Below are positions 20,318 to 35,306 of a stretch of DNA of 64,000 nucleotides, one piece after another (the first letter of the stretch is position 1; each line of letters opens with the position of its first letter). The DNA comes from Bacteroidales bacterium (GTDB lineage Bacteria > Bacteroidota > Bacteroidia > Bacteroidales > DTGW01). Both the position numbers and the translations under genes were made by a program. Below the pieces are notes generated by a model, which ran no database searches, was not told the DNA's origin, and saw only the letters and a program-made list of their open reading frames with translations. The stretch spans positions 22,498 to 86,497 of the forward strand of contig JBMFQE010000007.1 of the NCBI GenBank assembly GCA_049968755.1. Reading direction: 5' to 3'.

Positions 20318-20367
20318 ATCCCGATAACATATATGGGACGTCATCTTTTTGACGTCCCTGTCGGGAT
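20318..20367 (+). other. Nested hairpin in the GH43-esterase intergenic spacer
   Basis: An outer stem atcccga/tcgggat (7 bp) encloses an inner perfect 8-bp stem gggacgtc/gacgtccc with loop atcttttt. Confidence 0.4.
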
Positions 20368-20395
20368 TGAGCATAAACATTGGCTTTGATTTTAA

Positions 20396-22336
<1,941 letters not shown>

Positions 22337-22398
22337 CATTTTAACCAATGGCTTACTTTCATTTAACGATATGGAAACCATCCGAAAAAACTGAATAT

Positions 22399-24372
22399 AT
22401 GAAGCTTAATATGTTAAAACTATGGTTTGCAACACCGATCTTTTTCTTGATGACTCAGCTTTATGCCGAAAATTACACTGTTAATAGTCCCGATGGAAAA
22501 CTTGCAGTAAATGTTTGGCTCAACGATAAAGGCAAAGTTTTTTATAGTATTTTGTATTTGCAAGACACGATTTTAAAAGAATCAAGATTAGGACTGGTGC
22601 GAAGTGATGGCGATTTTACCAGAAATTTAATATGGGAGTCCGTATCCGAACAAGTTCAGGTAAATGACAAATATACATTATTGCATGGTAAACGTCGTAA
22701 CTGTGAGTATACGGCCAACAAAAGAGTGTTCTACTTCAAAAATAAAGATTCGAAAAGGTTGGCTGTAATTTTTCAGGTATCGAATGACGGTGTTGCTTTT
22801 CGCTATTATTTTCCGGAAAAATCCGATAAAAAAGTAACGATATACAAAGAGGTTACTTCATTTCATTTCGATAGTTCAGCAAAAGGATTTCTACAGCCTT
22901 GTCCCGATGCACGTACAGGATGGTGTTACACACAGCCATCGTACGAAGAATATTATCAGATCAACATTCCGGTAGGCACACCTTCACCTTTTCAGGCAGG
23001 ATGGGTGATGCCAGCATTGTTCAATTTTAGTCTTTATTGGATAAGCATTACCGAGGCTGCGGTTGACACGAACTATTGTGGTTCGCGCCTGAGCCAGTTT
23101 GCCCCGGATGGTGAGTATAGCATTCAGTTTCCTCAGCCACAGGAAAGCATGGGTAGTGAACCTTATCTCCCTGAGTCAGTGCTCCCCTGGTACACTCCAT
23201 GGAGGATAATTGCTATATCCGACAATCTGGGAGGACTGGTGGAATCGAACCTGGCAACTGATCTGGCTAACCCTGCCCAATACGACGTTTCCGGTTGGCT
23301 CGAACCGGGTATAGCCTCGTGGAGCTGGGTTATTTTAAAGGATAATGCCACCGTGTATGAGATGCAAAAACATTTTATCGATTTTGCATCGGAAATGAAA
23401 TGGAGGTATTGCCTGATTGATGCCCTGTGGGATACACAGATAGGCTATGATAAAATAAAGGAACTGGCCGATTATGCAAAAACGAAAAATGTCAAAATAT
23501 TGCTCTGGTACAATTCGGCCGGAGATTGGAACACCACAACCATTACCCCGCGCGACCGCTTGCTTACGAGCGAGTCACGCAATGCCGAATTTAGTCGGCT
23601 AAAAGAAATGGGTATAGCTGGTATCAAAGTCGATTTCTTTGGTGGCGACGGACAGTCGATGATGAAATACTATATTGATATCTTGAAAGATGCTGCAAAA
23701 TATAATCTTGCTGTTAACTTTCATGGGTGTACCTATCCACGAGGTTGGCATAGGACATTCCCCAATCTGGTCTCCATGGAAGGCATAAGGGGAGAGGAAT
23801 ATGTTACTTTCAGCCAGTACTTTGCCGATAATCAACCCTGGCATTGCACGGTTATCCCTTTTACCCGAAATCTTTTCGACCCAATGGATTTTACGCCTGT
23901 AAATTTTTCGGGAATTCCAAATATTACGCGAAGAACTACGGGTGGATTTGAAATAGCCCTATCGGTTTTGTTTACTTCGGGCATTCAGCATATTGCTGAA
24001 ACGCCGGAAGGAATGGCAAAGCAACCAGATTATGTTATTGAATTCATGCGCACTGTTCCGAACGTATGGGACGATGTACAATTCATCGATGGGTATCCAG
24101 GGAAGTTTGTAGTTCTGGCAAGAAAGAAAGGAGAAACATGGTACATTGCTGGCATTAATGGCGAAAAAGCCGAAAGGATAATCGAATTAAATCCATCGTT
24201 CCTAAACAAAAAGGTAAAAGGCATGATGATTACGGATGCTGAGGATGGCAAGAGTTTCAAGAAAGAAAATATAAGCTTTGGCAAACCCTTGAAAATAAAA
24301 ATACTGCCTTATGGCGGATTTGTAATAAAAACATATGAAACACCCATGTTCCTGCAAACGCAAACACAATAG
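22399..24372 (+). CDS. GH97 glycoside hydrolase (alpha-glucosidase/alpha-galactosidase family)
   Basis: The start was moved to MKLNMLKLWFATPIFF (signal peptide). The GH97 N-domain is SPDGKLAVNVWLNDKGKVFYSILY. The catalytic barrel segment is IAGIKVDFFGGDGQSMMKYY...NFHGCTYPRGWHRTFPN. The last 11 codons and the stop lie inside repeat copy 2. Confidence 0.9.
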   Translation: MKLNMLKLWFATPIFFLMTQLYAENYTVNSPDGKLAVNVWLNDKGKVFYSILYLQDTILKESRLGLVRSDGDFTRNLIWESVSEQVQVNDKYTLLHGKRRNCEYTANKRVFYFKNKDSKRLAVIFQVSNDGVAFRYYFPEKSDKKVTIYKEVTSFHFDSSAKGFLQPCPDARTGWCYTQPSYEEYYQINIPVGTPSPFQAGWVMPALFNFSLYWISITEAAVDTNYCGSRLSQFAPDGEYSIQFPQPQESMGSEPYLPESVLPWYTPWRIIAISDNLGGLVESNLATDLANPAQYDVSGWLEPGIASWSWVILKDNATVYEMQKHFIDFASEMKWRYCLIDALWDTQIGYDKIKELADYAKTKNVKILLWYNSAGDWNTTTITPRDRLLTSESRNAEFSRLKEMGIAGIKVDFFGGDGQSMMKYYIDILKDAAKYNLAVNFHGCTYPRGWHRTFPNLVSMEGIRGEEYVTFSQYFADNQPWHCTVIPFTRNLFDPMDFTPVNFSGIPNITRRTTGGFEIALSVLFTSGIQHIAETPEGMAKQPDYVIEFMRTVPNVWDDVQFIDGYPGKFVVLARKKGETWYIAGINGEKAERIIELNPSFLNKKVKGMMITDAEDGKSFKKENISFGKPLKIKILPYGGFVIKTYETPMFLQTQTQ

Positions 24373-24431
24373 GGATAAATTTGCGAACATGGGTGTTCCA
24401 TCATACCTTTAAAAATTATTTTATTATGATG
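24335..24431 (+). repeat. Copy 2 of the ~97-nt repeat, overlapping the 3' end of GH97 and preceding GH31
   Basis: Same sequence as copy 1 except for A>T at element position 46, A>T at position 70 and a 1-nt deletion in the A/T tail. Confidence 0.95.
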
Positions 24432-24456
24432 AATAATTACTTATTACAACTCAATT

Positions 24457-28090
<3,634 letters not shown>

Positions 28091-28099
28091 AAAAATAAA

Positions 28100-30706
28100 A
28101 TGATGAAAAGATTGAAAAATATTTTTATTACTTCCTTAGTATTTTCTTCATTTAGTCTATCCAGCCAACAATTACCTTTTCAAAATCCTCACTTAAGTTT
28201 TGACGAACGGACACAGGATTTAATTTCGCGGTTGACTGTTGAAGAAAAAGTGGCTCTGATGTGCGATCAGTCTGAGGCTATCCCCCGATTGGGTATTCGT
28301 AAATTTAACTGGTGGAGCGAAGCACTGCATGGCTATGCCAACAATGATAGTGTAACAGTATTTCCTCAACCCATAGGCATGGCTGCTTCATTTAATGATG
28401 AAATGGTTTATCAGATCTTCTCGGCTGTTTCGGATGAGGCACGTGCAAAATATCACGAACACCTGCGTCGAGGAGGTGAAAATAAACGATTCCTGAGTCT
28501 TTCTGTGTGGACGCCTAATATTAATATTTTCCGCGATCCACGCTGGGGTCGTGGCCAGGAAACCTATGGCGAAGATCCTTATTTGATGACCCGCATGGGT
28601 GTTGCTGTGGTGAAAGGTTTACAGGGCCCCGACACAGCTAAGTATCGCAAATTACTTGCCTGCGCCAAGCATTATGCGGTTCATTCGGGTCCCGAATGGA
28701 GTCGTCACGAAATCAATTTAAATAATGTCGATCCGCGCGATTTATATGAAACCTATTTGCCGGCTTTCAAAGCATTGGTGCAGCAGGCAGGAGTGCGTCA
28801 GGTGATGTGTGCATATCACCGCCTCGACGATGAACCCTGTTGTGGCAATCGCAGGTTGCTGCAACGAATATTACGCGACGACTGGGGATACAAGTCTATC
28901 GTGGTGTCCGATTGTGGCGCTGTTACCGATTTTTTTACCAGCCATAAGGTTTCCTCCACTCCGGTTCATGCAGCTTCAAAAGCCGTTCTTGCCGGAACCG
29001 ATGTGGAATGCGTGTGGGACAATTATCCCTATAAAACCCTCCCAACAGCTGTAGAAAGGGACCTGATTAAAGTTGAGGATATCGATAGAAGTTTGTCGCG
29101 TGTATTACGCGGCCGTTTCGAACTCGGCGATTTTGACCCCGACTCACTGGTGCCCTGGACAAAAATTCCCTATACTATCATTAACAATGAAAAGCATCGT
29201 CAGCTTGCCCTGGAAATGGCTCGCCAATCCATTGTATTGCTGCAAAACAAAAACAATATTCTCCCGCTCAATAAGTCGGCGGTTAAAAAAATTGCTGTAA
29301 TTGGCCCCAATGCAAATGATGCTGTTATGCTCTGGGGAAATTATAATGGTACCCCTATACGTACTATTACTATTTTAGAGGGTATTACCTCAAAATTGTC
29401 ACCTGAAAAAATTCTTTATGACAAGGCATGCGACCTTGTTGAAGATAAGATTACCCAGAGCTACATAGGACGTGCCCAATTTGATGGGAAAACAGGCTTT
29501 AAGGCTACCTATTGGAATAATCGCGATTTTAGCGGTGATGTCGTTGCAGTACAAAATATTACCAATTCTGTTAAGTTAACTACTGCAGGCCAACATGAGT
29601 TTGCCCCTGGTGTAAAACTCGAGGATTTTTCGGCCAAATATGAAACCGAATTTACTGCCGACAAAGACGAAGAAATTACCTTTAACTATGGCGCTACAGG
29701 CTATTTTGAGTTATTCGTTAATGGTCAGTCACTGGTTAAAAGCTATAACTGGCGTACGCTTCCCTCGAAGGCTCATTTTAAGGTTGAGGCCGGCAAAAAA
29801 TATTCAATCGAGATACGCTACGCCCAGCTTTACAACTGGCAGGCCAACCTAGAGTTTGATTTTGGTAAGGAAGTAAATATCGATTTCAGCGGACTTATCG
29901 ATAAGTTAAAGGGTATTGATGTAGTAATCTTTGTAGGTGGTTTGTCGGGTAGGCTCGAGGGCGAGGAAATGCCTGTGCACTATCCGGGTTTTAAAGGAGG
30001 CGACCGTACCGACATTGAATTACCTGCTGTTCAGCGCAATTTGCTTAAAATGTTGAAGCAGGCCGGTAAAAAAGTCATTTTTGTCAATTGCTCAGGCTCG
30101 GCTATTGCGCTCACCCCCGAAACCCAGACCTGCGATGCTATTGTGCAGGCCTGGTATGCTGGCGAAGCCGGCGGACAGGCTGTGGCCGATGTGCTTTTTG
30201 GCGACTATAATCCATCGGGTAAATTGCCCGTTACCTTTTATAAAAGCTCCGACCAGCTTCCCGATTTCGAAAACTATTCAATGAAGGGTCGTACCTACCG
30301 CTTTATGAACGATGCTCTTTTCCCGTTTGGTTTTGGACTAAGCTACACAACCTTTAAAATAGGTGAGGCTAAGCTGAATAAAACCCAAATATCGGCTAAT
30401 GAACAAATAGAGCTTACTGTCCCTGTTACCAATGCTGGTAAACGCGATGGTACCGAAATAGTTCAGGTATACGTCCGTAAAGTGAATGATACCGACGGCC
30501 CCCTAAAAACGCTCAGAGGCTATCAGCGAATTGATGTGCCAGCAGGCAAAACCCGTAATGCTGTAGTTACGCTACCTTACTCATCTTTCGAGTTTTACGA
30601 CCGTAAAAGCGGTAAGCTGACGGTAACACCGGGAGAATATGAAATTTTTTACGGAAATAGCTCCGATAGCAAAGATTTAAAAAGTATGAAAATTATTGTT
30701 CACTAA
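28100..30706 (+). CDS. GH3 beta-xylosidase/beta-glucosidase with inserted PA14 domain
   Basis: 868 aa. GH3 motifs are WWSEALHG, NIFRDPRWGRGQETYGEDPYL, KHYAVHSGPE and VVSDCGAV. The PA14-like insert is ATYWNNRDFSGD...YFELFVNGQS. The C-terminal domain is fibronectin-like. Confidence 0.95.
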   Translation: MMKRLKNIFITSLVFSSFSLSSQQLPFQNPHLSFDERTQDLISRLTVEEKVALMCDQSEAIPRLGIRKFNWWSEALHGYANNDSVTVFPQPIGMAASFNDEMVYQIFSAVSDEARAKYHEHLRRGGENKRFLSLSVWTPNINIFRDPRWGRGQETYGEDPYLMTRMGVAVVKGLQGPDTAKYRKLLACAKHYAVHSGPEWSRHEINLNNVDPRDLYETYLPAFKALVQQAGVRQVMCAYHRLDDEPCCGNRRLLQRILRDDWGYKSIVVSDCGAVTDFFTSHKVSSTPVHAASKAVLAGTDVECVWDNYPYKTLPTAVERDLIKVEDIDRSLSRVLRGRFELGDFDPDSLVPWTKIPYTIINNEKHRQLALEMARQSIVLLQNKNNILPLNKSAVKKIAVIGPNANDAVMLWGNYNGTPIRTITILEGITSKLSPEKILYDKACDLVEDKITQSYIGRAQFDGKTGFKATYWNNRDFSGDVVAVQNITNSVKLTTAGQHEFAPGVKLEDFSAKYETEFTADKDEEITFNYGATGYFELFVNGQSLVKSYNWRTLPSKAHFKVEAGKKYSIEIRYAQLYNWQANLEFDFGKEVNIDFSGLIDKLKGIDVVIFVGGLSGRLEGEEMPVHYPGFKGGDRTDIELPAVQRNLLKMLKQAGKKVIFVNCSGSAIALTPETQTCDAIVQAWYAGEAGGQAVADVLFGDYNPSGKLPVTFYKSSDQLPDFENYSMKGRTYRFMNDALFPFGFGLSYTTFKIGEAKLNKTQISANEQIELTVPVTNAGKRDGTEIVQVYVRKVNDTDGPLKTLRGYQRIDVPAGKTRNAVVTLPYSSFEFYDRKSGKLTVTPGEYEIFYGNSSDSKDLKSMKIIVH

Positions 30707-30715
30707 GGCTTAACT

Positions 30716-30742
30716 CCGTAGAGAAAACTTTTTTCTCCACGG
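30716..30742 (+). terminator. Hairpin just downstream of GH3 (possible non-canonical terminator or processing site)
   Basis: ccgtagagaaaa / ttttctccacgg form a 12-bp stem with one mismatch and loop ctt. No U-tract follows. Confidence 0.35.
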
Positions 30743-30796
30743 GGGGCTGGCAGTCCATTGAACTAAATACCATTATTAACATAAACCCATAAAATT

Positions 30797-30894
30797 ATGA
30801 AACACCCATGTTCCTGCAAACGCAAACACAATAGTGATAAAATTGCGAACATGGGTGTTCCATCATACCTTTAAAAATTAATTTTATTATGATG
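30797..30894 (+). repeat. Copy 3 of the ~97-nt repeat, ending in the ATGATG start of the CE1-T9SS esterase
   Basis: 98 nt. It differs from copy 1 at element positions 39 (G>T) and 70 (A>T). Confidence 0.95.
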
Positions 30895-33264
30895 AAAAAT
30901 TTAAAATGTCTGCTTTTGGGGGTATGGGCATTTATTGCAGTTGAATTATCATATGCCCAGATCGAAGATTTTCAGGTGGGTAATACCACCCGTCAAATGC
31001 TTGTATATGCTCCCTCGACCATTGTTCCAGGTCGTCCGCTGCTTATTTCCATGCATGGATATAACCAGGACATTAATTATCAGAAAAACCAGACCCAATG
31101 GGAAACCATTGCCAAAGAGAACAATTTTGTGGTAGTGTATCCTGCCGGACTTAATAATTCGTGGGATATATCGGGCAATACTGATATTGATTTTATCCTT
31201 GCCATTATTGATGAAATGGTTAACAGGTATGGTATCGATAGGGAAAGGGTATACCTTTCGGGCTTTTCGATGGGTGGCATGATGACCTATTATGCAGCTA
31301 CTAAAATAGCCGATAAAATTGCTGCTTTTGCCCCTGTTAGTGGTTACCCGCTATGGAATAGCAATATCAGTAGTTCAAGGCCTGTCCCTATTATTCATGT
31401 ACATGGCACTGCCGACGATGTGGTAGCTTACAGTGGAGTGCAACCCTACCTAAATGGATGGATTGCCAGGGATAGTTGTCCTACTACAGCCGTTATTACA
31501 AAACCCTATCCACCCGACAAACCCAATTCCAATGGCACCAGATATTATTGGGGACCGGGTACCGATTCCGTCGAAATAGTGTTGATAAGCATTACCGGTG
31601 TAGGTCACTGGCACTCCATCGACCCCAATGGGGTGAATACCAGCAAGGAAATTTGGGATTTTTGTAAAAAATTTTCACTTGGCTTTGGGGTTCCTAAGTT
31701 CAAGGCAGCTTATGTGCTCGATGCTGACCCAAAACAAATAATGGTTACTTTTACAAAGCCAATCAAGTCATTGCCATCATTTGAGGGTTTTTCGGTAAAA
31801 GTCGATGGGCTGGATGCTGCCATTGATACCATTGTGCTGGCCGATTCCGTTCATATCGCTATTGTGCTAAAGAACAATATTACAAAAACCAACGAGGTTA
31901 CCCTGTCGTATGGCAACGGAAATGTGGTGTCGGTGTACAACAAAGCACTGGTGGCTTTTAACGATACGGCTGTAGATAATCAACTCTATGGATCTGCTCC
32001 AAAATTAGTTGAGCTGGCGGTTACCGAAAGTGGTGATAGCTTAGTGGCACAATTCAATAAGAAGATGTTGCTATCCAATGATATTTCTTCATTAGAACTG
32101 AAGGCTACTTTCAATGGACAAAAAAATATTTCGCTCCTTAATTGCAGTTTTCTGAACAACGACTCTACCACACTGGTATTCCAGCTTTCGGATACGGTTT
32201 ATGCCGATTATCAGCTAGCCCTCAGTTACACCGGCAATAGCATCTTATCGGTTGATAGTGGAGTGTTCAAGAATGACACAGCTTACATAGTAAAAAATAA
32301 GGCTAAGGGACTACCTGTTCATATTGTCTCAGCCAGTGTCGACAATAACGCAATAGCTTTAACCCTGGTATTTTCAAAACCTATGGCAATGATTGATGCA
32401 CAAATTCCTCAGCTCGCATTGAAGGTCAATGGTAAGGCCGTAGCCATTAAAGAAGTGTTCAATATTAAAAATACTGTTAAGTTAAACCTCTATAGCAATT
32501 TATACTATGGCGATACGGTAACCATTTCTTATACACCCGGAAACATTACGGCTGCCGATAAGGGTTCGTTGGAGGCTTTCACCGATTTTTTAGTTGAAAA
32601 TCCATTACCAGCACCCATTTACGTCCAAATACCCGGAAAAGTTGAGGCCGAAAATTATACCCTTCAGTTTGGCACAGCTACCGAAAATACAAGTGACGCC
32701 GGTGGCGGATTGAATGTAGGCTGGACCGAAACAGGCGACTGGCTGGTTTATGCCATCGAAAACAATACCAACGATACGGAATTTAAAATTTTATTCCGCC
32801 TGGCTGCCCAATCTGCTGGGCCTAAGTTCGATTATTACCTGGATGATGTTAAAATAGGTACCATTAGTGTTCCCTCTACTGGTGCATGGCAAACATTTAC
32901 CTCGGTAATAAAAGATATATCTGTACCGAAGGGAAAACACTACCTTAAGATTGTTACAGTTACCGGAGGCTTCAATATCAACTATTTTGACATAGAAAAG
33001 GATTTTGTTGGAATTACAACCAAAAATACTGGCAACATATCCATTTATCCCAATCCTGCATCCAATGAAATTGCGATTAAATCACCCGATTTCAGATACA
33101 ATAGGATTCAAATTACCGACATGATGGGGAGACTAATTATGGGCAAGTCTGTCAACTATGCCCCTGAAATGACCTTGCCTCTGAGTTTAAAAAATGGGGA
33201 TTACTTTGTAGTTCTTAGGAATGGTACGACTGTTTATTCTCAAAAGATTAGCATAACAAAATAA
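30889..33264 (+). CDS. Multimodular esterase (PHB-depolymerase/CE1-like) with SWM-like repeats, CBM6 and T9SS C-terminal domain
   Basis: 791 aa. The N-terminal alpha/beta hydrolase has PLLISMHGYNQD, YLSGFSMGGMMTY (GxSxG) and HVHGTADDVV. Three modules end in LSYGNGN / LSYTGNS / ISYTPGN. The CBM6 segment is VEAENYT...GWTETGDWLVY...TGAWQTF...NINYFDIE. The CTD is IYPNPASNEIAI...GDYFVVL...KISITK. Confidence 0.85.
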   Translation: MMKNLKCLLLGVWAFIAVELSYAQIEDFQVGNTTRQMLVYAPSTIVPGRPLLISMHGYNQDINYQKNQTQWETIAKENNFVVVYPAGLNNSWDISGNTDIDFILAIIDEMVNRYGIDRERVYLSGFSMGGMMTYYAATKIADKIAAFAPVSGYPLWNSNISSSRPVPIIHVHGTADDVVAYSGVQPYLNGWIARDSCPTTAVITKPYPPDKPNSNGTRYYWGPGTDSVEIVLISITGVGHWHSIDPNGVNTSKEIWDFCKKFSLGFGVPKFKAAYVLDADPKQIMVTFTKPIKSLPSFEGFSVKVDGLDAAIDTIVLADSVHIAIVLKNNITKTNEVTLSYGNGNVVSVYNKALVAFNDTAVDNQLYGSAPKLVELAVTESGDSLVAQFNKKMLLSNDISSLELKATFNGQKNISLLNCSFLNNDSTTLVFQLSDTVYADYQLALSYTGNSILSVDSGVFKNDTAYIVKNKAKGLPVHIVSASVDNNAIALTLVFSKPMAMIDAQIPQLALKVNGKAVAIKEVFNIKNTVKLNLYSNLYYGDTVTISYTPGNITAADKGSLEAFTDFLVENPLPAPIYVQIPGKVEAENYTLQFGTATENTSDAGGGLNVGWTETGDWLVYAIENNTNDTEFKILFRLAAQSAGPKFDYYLDDVKIGTISVPSTGAWQTFTSVIKDISVPKGKHYLKIVTVTGGFNINYFDIEKDFVGITTKNTGNISIYPNPASNEIAIKSPDFRYNRIQITDMMGRLIMGKSVNYAPEMTLPLSLKNGDYFVVLRNGTTVYSQKISITK

Positions 33265-33283
33265 AGATTGAGCCATGTTTAAA

Positions 33284-33340
33284 CACAGAGGGCACGGAGA
33301 AACACAGAGAAATGCATAAAAATCTTTGTGCCATCTGTGG
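33284..33340. repeat. CACAGAG/CTCYGTG-type short tandem and inverted repeat cluster (REP-like)
   Basis: cacagagggcacggagaaacacagag ... ctttgtgccatctgtgg. The outer arms can pair as a ~16-bp stem including G-U pairs. The same heptamer family occurs at 51809-51843. Confidence 0.6.
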
Positions 33341-33468
33341 TAAATTAATAGGGGAAAAAAATAACTGAGCAATTGGATTTTAATGTTGAAGTCATGCCTT
33401 AGGATAATAAAAAAATCAGCTTTACACGCTTTTGGAAATACAGCCTCAGTAATTAAAGATTATATGCC

Positions 33469-33566
33469 ATGAAACACCCATGTTCCTGCGAACGCAAACA
33501 CAATAGTGATAAAATTGCGAACATGGGTGTTCCATCATACCTTTAAAAATTAATTTTATTATGATG
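33469..33566 (+). repeat. Copy 4 of the ~97-nt repeat, ending in the ATGATG start of GH43
   Basis: 98 nt. It is identical to the orphan copy 6 over the first 81 nt. Confidence 0.95.
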
Positions 33567-35117
33567 CAAAACAATATATTTTTTGCAATTATTTTCTTAT
33601 TCTGTTTTATAAATTTTTCAGAATCTCAAAAAGCCACCAATCCTGTCATCTTTGCCGATGTGCCTGATATGTCGATGATACGGGTAGGGGATACATATTA
33701 CATGAGTAGTACTACCATGCATATGTGCCCGGGTGTACCGGTAATGAAATCAAAAGACCTTACAAACTGGGAAATAATAGGTTATGCTTATGATATCCTT
33801 GAGGATATTGACGAAACGCGTCTTACAAACGGAAAAAGCGATTATGGGCGGGGTTCATGGGCCAGCTGCTTACGATTTCACAAGGGAACATACTATTTGA
33901 GTACTTTTTCCCATACTACCGGCAAAACATATATTTTCAAAACAAAAGATATTGAGAGTGGCCAATGGGAAAGATTTGCATTTGCCCCCACCTTACACGA
34001 TCATTCCATATTTTTAGACGATGACGGCAAAATTTATATTATCTGGGGTGCAGGGACGTTAAAAATTGCTGAACTTAAGGAAGATTTTTCGGGATTAAAG
34101 GAGGGCACGGTAAGGATATTGATTGAAAATGCAAGTGCACCGGCAGGAGATAATATCGGCCTTCCGGCTGAGGGGTCGCAGCTTTTTAAGGTAAAGGATA
34201 AATATTATCTCTTTAATATTACCTGGCCAAGAGGCGGAATGCGAACCGTTTTAATCCATCGTGCCGATAACATAAATGGCCCATGGGAAGGCCGGATAGC
34301 CTTACAGGACAGAGGTATTGCCCAGGGTGGATTAATCGATATGCCCGATGGACGATGGTTTGCTTATCTTTTCCGTGATTTTGGTGCCGTAGGCCGTATT
34401 CCTTATTTAGTGCCGGTTACCTGGCAGGATGATTGGCCTATCCTGGGAATTAATGGCCATGTACCTGATACGCTCGATTTACCTTTTAATAAAAGTATTA
34501 TTCCTGCCATTGTATCATCCGACGAATTTGACCGAAATGAGGGAGAGCTTGACCTACCTCTCGTGTGGCAATGGAATCATAACCCCGACAATAATTTATG
34601 GTCAATTAAACAGAGGAAAGGATATTTGCGGTTAATCACTGGTACGGTAGTCGATGATTTCGAAAAAGCAAGAAATACGCTGACACAACGAACTTTTGGA
34701 CCGAAATGCAGCGGAGCTGTGAAAATTGATGTGTCGGGCATGAAAGAAGGCGATTTCGCAGGTTTGACTTTATTACAAAAACAGTACGGACTGATAGGCG
34801 TAAAATACGAAAATGGTCAGAAAAGAATTGTAATGGTTATTAATCAAAACAAAGTCCCTGAAGAAATCGAGAGTGTGCCTTTAAAACAAAATATAGTGTA
34901 TTTTAAGGCCAACTGTAATTTTACAAATATGGTTGATACCGCCCGTTTTTATTACAGTCTCGATAACAAGGCATGGAAACCTATTGGCAATACTCTAAAA
35001 ATGACATACAATCTGGCGCATTTTATGGGGTATCGCTTTGGACTCTTTAATTATGCCACCAAAATAACTGGTGGCTACGTTGACTTTGATTGGTTCAGAA
35101 TTAATCAAATATTTTAA
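33561..35117 (+). CDS. GH43 glycoside hydrolase with C-terminal concanavalin-like beta-sandwich
   Basis: 518 aa with a signal peptide. NPVIFADVPDMSMIRVGDTYYMSSTTMHMCPGVPVMKSKDLTNW, EGSQLFKVKDKYYLF and the C-terminal GYRFGLFNYAT...VDFDWFRI are typical of GH43 enzymes with a GH43_C2-like domain. Confidence 0.9.
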   Translation: MMQNNIFFAIIFLFCFINFSESQKATNPVIFADVPDMSMIRVGDTYYMSSTTMHMCPGVPVMKSKDLTNWEIIGYAYDILEDIDETRLTNGKSDYGRGSWASCLRFHKGTYYLSTFSHTTGKTYIFKTKDIESGQWERFAFAPTLHDHSIFLDDDGKIYIIWGAGTLKIAELKEDFSGLKEGTVRILIENASAPAGDNIGLPAEGSQLFKVKDKYYLFNITWPRGGMRTVLIHRADNINGPWEGRIALQDRGIAQGGLIDMPDGRWFAYLFRDFGAVGRIPYLVPVTWQDDWPILGINGHVPDTLDLPFNKSIIPAIVSSDEFDRNEGELDLPLVWQWNHNPDNNLWSIKQRKGYLRLITGTVVDDFEKARNTLTQRTFGPKCSGAVKIDVSGMKEGDFAGLTLLQKQYGLIGVKYENGQKRIVMVINQNKVPEEIESVPLKQNIVYFKANCNFTNMVDTARFYYSLDNKAWKPIGNTLKMTYNLAHFMGYRFGLFNYATKITGGYVDFDWFRINQIF

Positions 35118-35211
35118 AACTAAAATGAAACTTTCAATAGGCAGTATCAAAACATAACCTGAAAACAAGAAATTAGAGAATATTTCAATTTATTGTGAAA
35201 AATAAAAAATT

Positions 35212-35306
35212 ATGAAACACCCATGTTCCTGCGAACGCAAACACAATAGTGATAAAATTGCAAACATGGGTGTTCCATCATACCTTTAAAAATTAATATT
35301 ATGATG
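35212..35306 (+). repeat. Copy 5 of the ~97-nt repeat, ending in the ATGATG start of GH43-CBM6
   Basis: 95 nt. A G>A change at element position 51 shortens the stem to 12 bp. The A/T tail has a 3-nt deletion. Confidence 0.95.

Noticed and set aside
24335-24431. The element as a rho-independent terminator between operon segments.
   Set aside because: The stem has a 33-nt loop and is followed by CCATCATACC rather than a U-tract. The first copy precedes susC, where no upstream co-directional gene needs termination.
30797-35306. The element as an integron attC / VCR-like cassette recombination site.
   Set aside because: There is a superficial analogy, with conserved ~100-nt hairpin repeats between single genes. 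However, the arms lack the RYYYAAC/GTTRRRY core sites and no IntI-type integrase is present. The element also lies 5' of, and is fused to, each gene's start codon rather than following promoterless cassettes.
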